IMG/VR virus record: IMGVR_UViG_3300028591_000206
Span: 1,941 to 65,940 of that record
DNA from: a virus
Taxonomy: Duplodnaviria; Caudoviricetes
DNA length: 64,000 nt
Strand: one strand, 5' to 3'
A program made the translations under genes and the position numbers. The notes below the pieces were generated by a model that was not told the origin of the DNA, made no database searches, and worked only from the letters and a program-made list of their open reading frames with translations. Below, one piece after another: positions 59,537 to 64,000 of this stretch (position 1 is the stretch's first letter; each line of letters starts with the position of its first letter).

Positions 59537-61159
59537 TTATAAAGCAGATACAGTGATTTCAGCTTCCGCTTTTATATTTGTCGTTGCTGTTATATTTACC
59601 GTTACTTCTAATGGCCCACCAGTAGAAGTCATAAAATCTTTCTGAGTAGTACCATCTTGGAATTCAAGACCTTCAGAAAGTCTTATAACTACTTTTTCCG
59701 ATGTATATTCATTAAAATAATCTTTAGACCAGTAACATAATGTTGCAGTATTCTGATTTTCGGCTATTACTTTTTCTTTGAAATACGCTTTTAATGTAGC
59801 AGTTTCTGCTTTATCTATCATTTCTAATCCATAATCGGCATATTGCATATATATTCTATATTGTTCGTCCATTCCATACCAATAGAAATGTCCAGCTTTT
59901 TCATAAGTAACTATATATTTTTCTTGTTCATAATCAAATTTCCAGAATTTAATACTATCTCTATGAAGAGTTAATAATATATCAGCATGACCTTCTTCTT
60001 CGTAGTAAGATAATACTCCTTTACAAGGATCACCTGAAAAATTAACTACTTGTTTGACAATAGCTTTATCTTCTTCAAGTTTAAGTACTACAAGTTTATG
60101 TTGAGTAGGATACCAATTTCCATTTGGCTGGCTTCTTGCGACTGTAACGATATATTTATAACCATTATTTAAAATAATAGTTTTAGATTCATGAGAAAGG
60201 GGATGCGTTACATTCGCCATAGCGATATTACTAGGATCAATATCCATTTGTTTATTATCTTCTATTGATATATATTCATATTCAGCGGTACTTTCTTCAA
60301 ATCTTACTCTGCATAATTGATATCCGTAATGACCGGTTCTTTTATATTCATCAACATAATAATAATACCAGTCATCTATTTGAACAGGATTACCGCTTAT
60401 TTGTACACCAGTTTCTGCGTTATCATATATAGTAGTAACAGCACCACTAATTGAATCATAACGTATAATATAATGCTTGAGAAGATATTGTATATACACA
60501 TAATCATAATGCATCATATGTTTAAGATAATAGTAGTTATATGATGCATCTTCTAGTCTATGTGCTTCATGAATTGTTGTCATTCCAAAGGTTTCTTTAT
60601 TGTATCTAAATAATATATTATTGTTACTACCCCAATCTTTCCATTCATACATATCGTTTATATTAGGATAGTTATATTTACCAATAATATAATCATCATT
60701 TTGATACATTATTTCATAATCGCCGCAATGAAAATGTCCATTACATACAGCAACAGATTCTCCTACGGACGTATTATATAAGAGTTTGTAATAATACTTG
60801 CCAGTTTCTTCGTCTTTGCATTCTTCATATTCTCTAAACCAAGCACCACAAGTATTCTTTTGTGTCATAAGATAGAATCTATTAGGATAAGAACTATCTT
60901 CAACAAAATGATAATGTAAGTTTTTAACTTGCAGTTGAAAATATCTTTGGGCATAATCATAGCAAGTATTTATACATCTTCTAAGAATAGGACCCCATGA
61001 TGAAAAACTTAAATCAGTTAAATCTACTGATTCAAATTTTAATGGATTAAGATTGGTCTTATCATATAGTTGACCATTGATAATTAGAAATTTAGGAGTT
61101 TCTATTATCTTAGGCGTATATCCATCACTTGATCTCTCTATTTTCTTAAGTATTTCCAT
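59537..61159 (-). CDS. Beta-propeller-like virion protein with C-terminal Ig-like domain (paralogue B)
   Basis: 'DGYTPKIIE...NGQLYDKTNLNPLKFE' versus 'DGLRPKVME...NTQYYLKNNLSPVPFE' in paralogue A. Confidence 0.5.
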   Translation of the reverse strand: MEILKKIERSSDGYTPKIIETPKFLIINGQLYDKTNLNPLKFESVDLTDLSFSSWGPILRRCINTCYDYAQRYFQLQVKNLHYHFVEDSSYPNRFYLMTQKNTCGAWFREYEECKDEETGKYYYKLLYNTSVGESVAVCNGHFHCGDYEIMYQNDDYIIGKYNYPNINDMYEWKDWGSNNNILFRYNKETFGMTTIHEAHRLEDASYNYYYLKHMMHYDYVYIQYLLKHYIIRYDSISGAVTTIYDNAETGVQISGNPVQIDDWYYYYVDEYKRTGHYGYQLCRVRFEESTAEYEYISIEDNKQMDIDPSNIAMANVTHPLSHESKTIILNNGYKYIVTVARSQPNGNWYPTQHKLVVLKLEEDKAIVKQVVNFSGDPCKGVLSYYEEEGHADILLTLHRDSIKFWKFDYEQEKYIVTYEKAGHFYWYGMDEQYRIYMQYADYGLEMIDKAETATLKAYFKEKVIAENQNTATLCYWSKDYFNEYTSEKVVIRLSEGLEFQDGTTQKDFMTSTGGPLEVTVNITATTNIKAEAEITVSAL

Positions 61160-61173
61160 AAATAAACCTCGTA

Positions 61174-61884
61174 TTAGATATAGGTTATTCTCATGTATAG
61201 TTTTACGTTTCCATTAGCATATACTTTCAAAGAAGTAGCATTACCAAGATCGTACTGTTGTATTTCTAATTTATCAAGAGATACAGTCATGGTTGTTATG
61301 TCATGCTCTGATGTCATAAATTCAGCCGTATTATTATTAGACTTATTTTCTACTAAAATCCTAACGTTAAGTATAACATAGTCAATTGGGCTTATCAATA
61401 AAGAGGTATCTGCCGCAAGAGCCATCTGGTTAGTATTATCTTCATATGTGAATTCCCTTACTTTAGTAAGATCACAACTTAATTCTAATAACTTATCAGA
61501 GATGATATTTATATTCTCGTTAATGTTATAGACTTCAGTATCTATACGGTTGTTTATAGTATTGATATCAGAAATATGTGCAACATTAAGTTCTTTTTGA
61601 ACATAATAGCCATCGTATTTCTTGACAAGAGCATTATTAGAGTCACTTGAGATTAAAAACGATTGTACGAAATATCCATTGGGCAGTTTTTTAAGAGCAT
61701 TATTTGCATTAGGAGAAATTACAATATCATCAGAGAGTACATTTTTCCATGTATCACCCTGTTTATATTGCAATTTCTGGTTACTTATCCTAAGCCCGTG
61801 TACTCCATTTTCACTAACAGCTGTTAGAAAAGTATGAAGCGCAAAGTTAGTATCTATTTTTATAATAGAAGAGTTTGTATTCAT
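61174..61884 (-). CDS. Fibre-associated protein with 'NNAL-x-K-x-x-(N/D)GY-(F/Y)-V' repeats
   Basis: 'NANNALKKLPNGYFV' and 'DSNNALVKKYDGYYV'. Confidence 0.5.
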   Translation of the reverse strand: MNTNSSIIKIDTNFALHTFLTAVSENGVHGLRISNQKLQYKQGDTWKNVLSDDIVISPNANNALKKLPNGYFVQSFLISSDSNNALVKKYDGYYVQKELNVAHISDINTINNRIDTEVYNINENINIISDKLLELSCDLTKVREFTYEDNTNQMALAADTSLLISPIDYVILNVRILVENKSNNNTAEFMTSEHDITTMTVSLDKLEIQQYDLGNATSLKVYANGNVKLYMRITYI

Positions 61885-63686
61885 TCTTCATCGCTCCATA
61901 TTTCATCTATAATTTCTACCATTTCGTCGTAATCATAATATTCTAAGTCAGTTGGTGTAGGAGGTGTAGTTCCACCGCCAGAGTTCATATCTTTATAGTA
62001 ATTCGCTCTTTGTATATTTATTATAATACTGTCTTGTATTTTAATGGCAATAGGTTTATATATTCTCACTGGTTCATTTGTTAACGTACCAGGTTGCGTA
62101 TCTGATAAATATAATACTGTGCCGTCTGGATAAGTATCGAATTGATTGGTCATAAATTGACCAGATATCGTAATTACAAAATTATCTTCATCGACTACTT
62201 CTGTGACAAGACCGATTGTTTCTATCTTGATACTATCTTCAGCATATGACTTTTTATATAACCCATCTGTATCACAATATACAGGATCACCGACTTTTAA
62301 CTGATGATTTGGTTGTTCTATTTCTAGTATACTACTTGCTCCAGAACCACCAGAACCACCAGAACCACCAGTACAGAATAATCCGTCAACACGTTTTTCT
62401 ATTCTGTTTTCTTCGTCATTAGCTAATTTAACTTCTGCTTTTAATGCACCTTTCCCTTTGAAATAGATATCAGTAAAATATGAATATGCTTGAGATTTAT
62501 TACAATATCCATATTGAACTTTACCTACGAATAAATACCCCCAGGAATATTCTGTTAAATCTATTGATATTGTTGTAGCTAAATTTATTGTTGTACTATT
62601 CCAATTTGATACTGCACAACTTACGATTGTTCCTTGTTTTTCAGCTTCTACAGTAATAAAATTATTACCACTCCATCCGCTACCAATAGCTGGTAATGTT
62701 GCATCTCCCATACCAGTATTTCCTCTAGTAAATAATATTTGCTGGTCTGGTAAAGCCATGTCATAAACAAGAGCGTATGTCCACACGCCTACGTGGTTTT
62801 CAGCATTTCTATTTACTAAAACTGATAATGTATGAGGTTTACCTTGTTCGTCTTTTGCATAAGCAATAACAAGACCATTTGCATCATTATCTGAATCTGT
62901 AGAACGACATGTTACACGATGAACATAGGTTCTATATTTAATAGTAGATACAAAACCAGTAAAAGTATCCGTATTTATTGGTTGTACAAAAGAATCTAAA
63001 TCTGAGTCAAAATACCATGCATTTGCTTCTGTTGCATTTTGAATATTTTCCCATGAATCACTACGATGTGAAAATACTTTACCGTTATTAAACATTTCTT
63101 CAAGGGTTTCTGCTCTACCCTCAAAGTAAAAATGTACAGTATTAGTATCTTCTATATCAAGATCAAAATATTTATCTACAAATAATCCATTCCTACGTAT
63201 CTCAAGTGCGTTTTCAGTAGAATTGATTATTTTAATTTCTCCAGTAACATTAGTATGATTTACTTCAAAATCTATTGTTCTTGAATCAATAAAATTAGTA
63301 GGTAAATTTTTTATTGTTTCATCTAATATTTGTAAATCTTGACTATATTCTGGAGCATAAAGTCCATCTTCTTTAATAATAAGTGAGTTAGGTCTTTGAA
63401 TTTGATGTTCTTCATCTTCTCCAACAACATCAATAAATTCACTTACTTTGACATTACTTGTTAAAGTACGATTTTCAAGGTCATGTTCAAAATGAATTGT
63501 TTCAGTATCATTAAATTGATTTGGTAATTCAGCAATATCTTTATTAATTTTTTCTAGAGTTTCTTCAAGATCGGTAATAGCAGAAATTGGGTGTTGGTCT
63601 GCAACATTTCTATTTTCTAATAAGTTATGGTCAGTAGTAAAATTTGATGCAGATTCTATTGGATATTTTACAAGCCTTACACCCAT
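61881..63686 (-). CDS. Fibre protein: 'QHPISAI' anchor, thrombospondin-C-like lectin domain, GGS linker, C-terminal cement-like domain
   Basis: 'DHNLLENRNVADQHPISAITDL'; 'STDSDNDANGLVIAY...HTLSVL'; (GGS)3 encoded by 9-bp repeats at 62341-62370; 'HQLKVGDPVY...IGLVTEV...LYLSDTQPGTLT'. Confidence 0.65.
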   Translation of the reverse strand: MGVRLVKYPIESASNFTTDHNLLENRNVADQHPISAITDLEETLEKINKDIAELPNQFNDTETIHFEHDLENRTLTSNVKVSEFIDVVGEDEEHQIQRPNSLIIKEDGLYAPEYSQDLQILDETIKNLPTNFIDSRTIDFEVNHTNVTGEIKIINSTENALEIRRNGLFVDKYFDLDIEDTNTVHFYFEGRAETLEEMFNNGKVFSHRSDSWENIQNATEANAWYFDSDLDSFVQPINTDTFTGFVSTIKYRTYVHRVTCRSTDSDNDANGLVIAYAKDEQGKPHTLSVLVNRNAENHVGVWTYALVYDMALPDQQILFTRGNTGMGDATLPAIGSGWSGNNFITVEAEKQGTIVSCAVSNWNSTTINLATTISIDLTEYSWGYLFVGKVQYGYCNKSQAYSYFTDIYFKGKGALKAEVKLANDEENRIEKRVDGLFCTGGSGGSGGSGASSILEIEQPNHQLKVGDPVYCDTDGLYKKSYAEDSIKIETIGLVTEVVDEDNFVITISGQFMTNQFDTYPDGTVLYLSDTQPGTLTNEPVRIYKPIAIKIQDSIIINIQRANYYKDMNSGGGTTPPTPTDLEYYDYDEMVEIIDEIWSDEE

Positions 63687-63700
63687 TGGACAGACTCCTT

Positions 63701-64000
63701 TTATTCTATTAATAATTTAAATCTGTATTTATTAGTTACTGAATAAAATTCTTGTTTAGGTATATCAGAAAGTTTCATAATTAATTCTACACCAGTATGA
63801 GCTCTTAATTCTGGAATAGTTATACTATTGCTATATGGAAGATTTTCAAGAACATCATTTGAATGATCTGAATCTTCAAGGTTTCTTTCGTTTATAGCAA
63901 TTTGTACAACTTCTCCACCACTATAATATTCAGAATAAGCAATGATTGATATTTTTACTAATTCTAAATCAACATCATCATTGTTAAATACAACAACATT
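63701..64000 (-). CDS. 3' end of a gene entering from beyond the window (99 codons plus stop)
   Basis: Manual translation is open from 64000: NVVVFNNDD...KYRFKLLIE, stop TAA at 63703-63701; not in the ORF track. Confidence 0.75.
   Translation of the reverse strand, partial: NVVVFNNDDVDLELVKISIIAYSEYYSGGEVVQIAINERNLEDSDHSNDVLENLPYSNSITIPELRAHTGVELIMKLSDIPKQEFYSVTNKYRFKLLIE

Larger units (their letters stand above)
1..64000 (-). other. Large myovirus-type phage genome segment (virion structural module); free phage versus prophage cannot be decided
   Basis: Co-oriented, tightly packed minus-strand genes with sheath, tube, baseplate J, gp25-like, spike and lysin motifs; no host housekeeping genes; AGGAGG RBS upstream of many starts. 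Confidence 0.93.

Noticed and set aside
676-61837. The many 60-127-aa plus-strand and nested ORFs in the track (e.g. 6276..6659, 17887..18189, 24349..24627, 46132..46446)
   Set aside because: They are antisense to or nested within long coding genes, lack RBSs and have F/I/L/S-skewed composition typical of shadow frames.
62341-62370. 9-bp tandem repeat (ccagaacca) as a contingency locus
   Set aside because: It is in-frame and only encodes a GGS linker; slippage would change linker length, not phase.
1-64000. Stop-codon reassignment (code 15 or 4), as seen in some large gut phages
   Set aside because: Code 11 already yields dense, multi-kilobase ORFs, and TAG, TGA and TAA all serve as genuine stops (e.g. 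TAG at 866-868 followed by an RBS).
1-64000. CRISPR array, tRNA or rRNA genes
   Set aside because: Intergenic gaps are all short (longest ~310 bp, holding the TR); no repeat-spacer array or cloverleaf was seen.

Overview
The whole 64-kb window is the virion morphogenesis region of a large, strongly AT-rich tailed phage with a contractile tail (myovirus). Every credible gene is on the minus strand, and the standard genetic code gives long ORFs. AGGAGG ribosome-binding sites, sigma-A-type promoters and peptidoglycan-targeting domains point to a Firmicutes (Bacillota) host; this is inference. In transcription order (64000 to 1) the region contains: (i) a fibre/adhesin cluster interrupted by a U32-family-like gene; (ii) a diversity-generating retroelement (DGR) with a CLec-type target gene carrying the VR, a 111-bp TR differing from the VR at 22 positions that are all TR adenines, and a reverse transcriptase, with TR+RT having their own perfect TTGACA-N16-TATAAT promoter and terminator but no avd gene; (iii) neck genes, two tail-sheath paralogues, a tail terminator, a tail tube plus further tube-fold genes (one apparently split in two) and two chaperone paralogues; (iv) three consecutive giant genes: a 2188-aa tape-measure-like protein with two degenerate nuclease domains, a ~3400-aa protein with an intact-looking N-terminal DEDDh exonuclease plus the motifs of a two-barrel RNA polymerase (R-x-P ... 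NLDFDGD), and a 2110-aa baseplate hub/lysin; (v) spike, NlpC/P60, baseplate wedge genes and a 2261-aa FN3/vWA/lectin adhesin. The most striking candidate for an undescribed system is the tail-module-encoded exonuclease-RNA polymerase fusion, probably virion-packaged and injected. The Avd-less, self-transcribed DGR is second. All protein assignments come from motif reading by eye; no database search was run.
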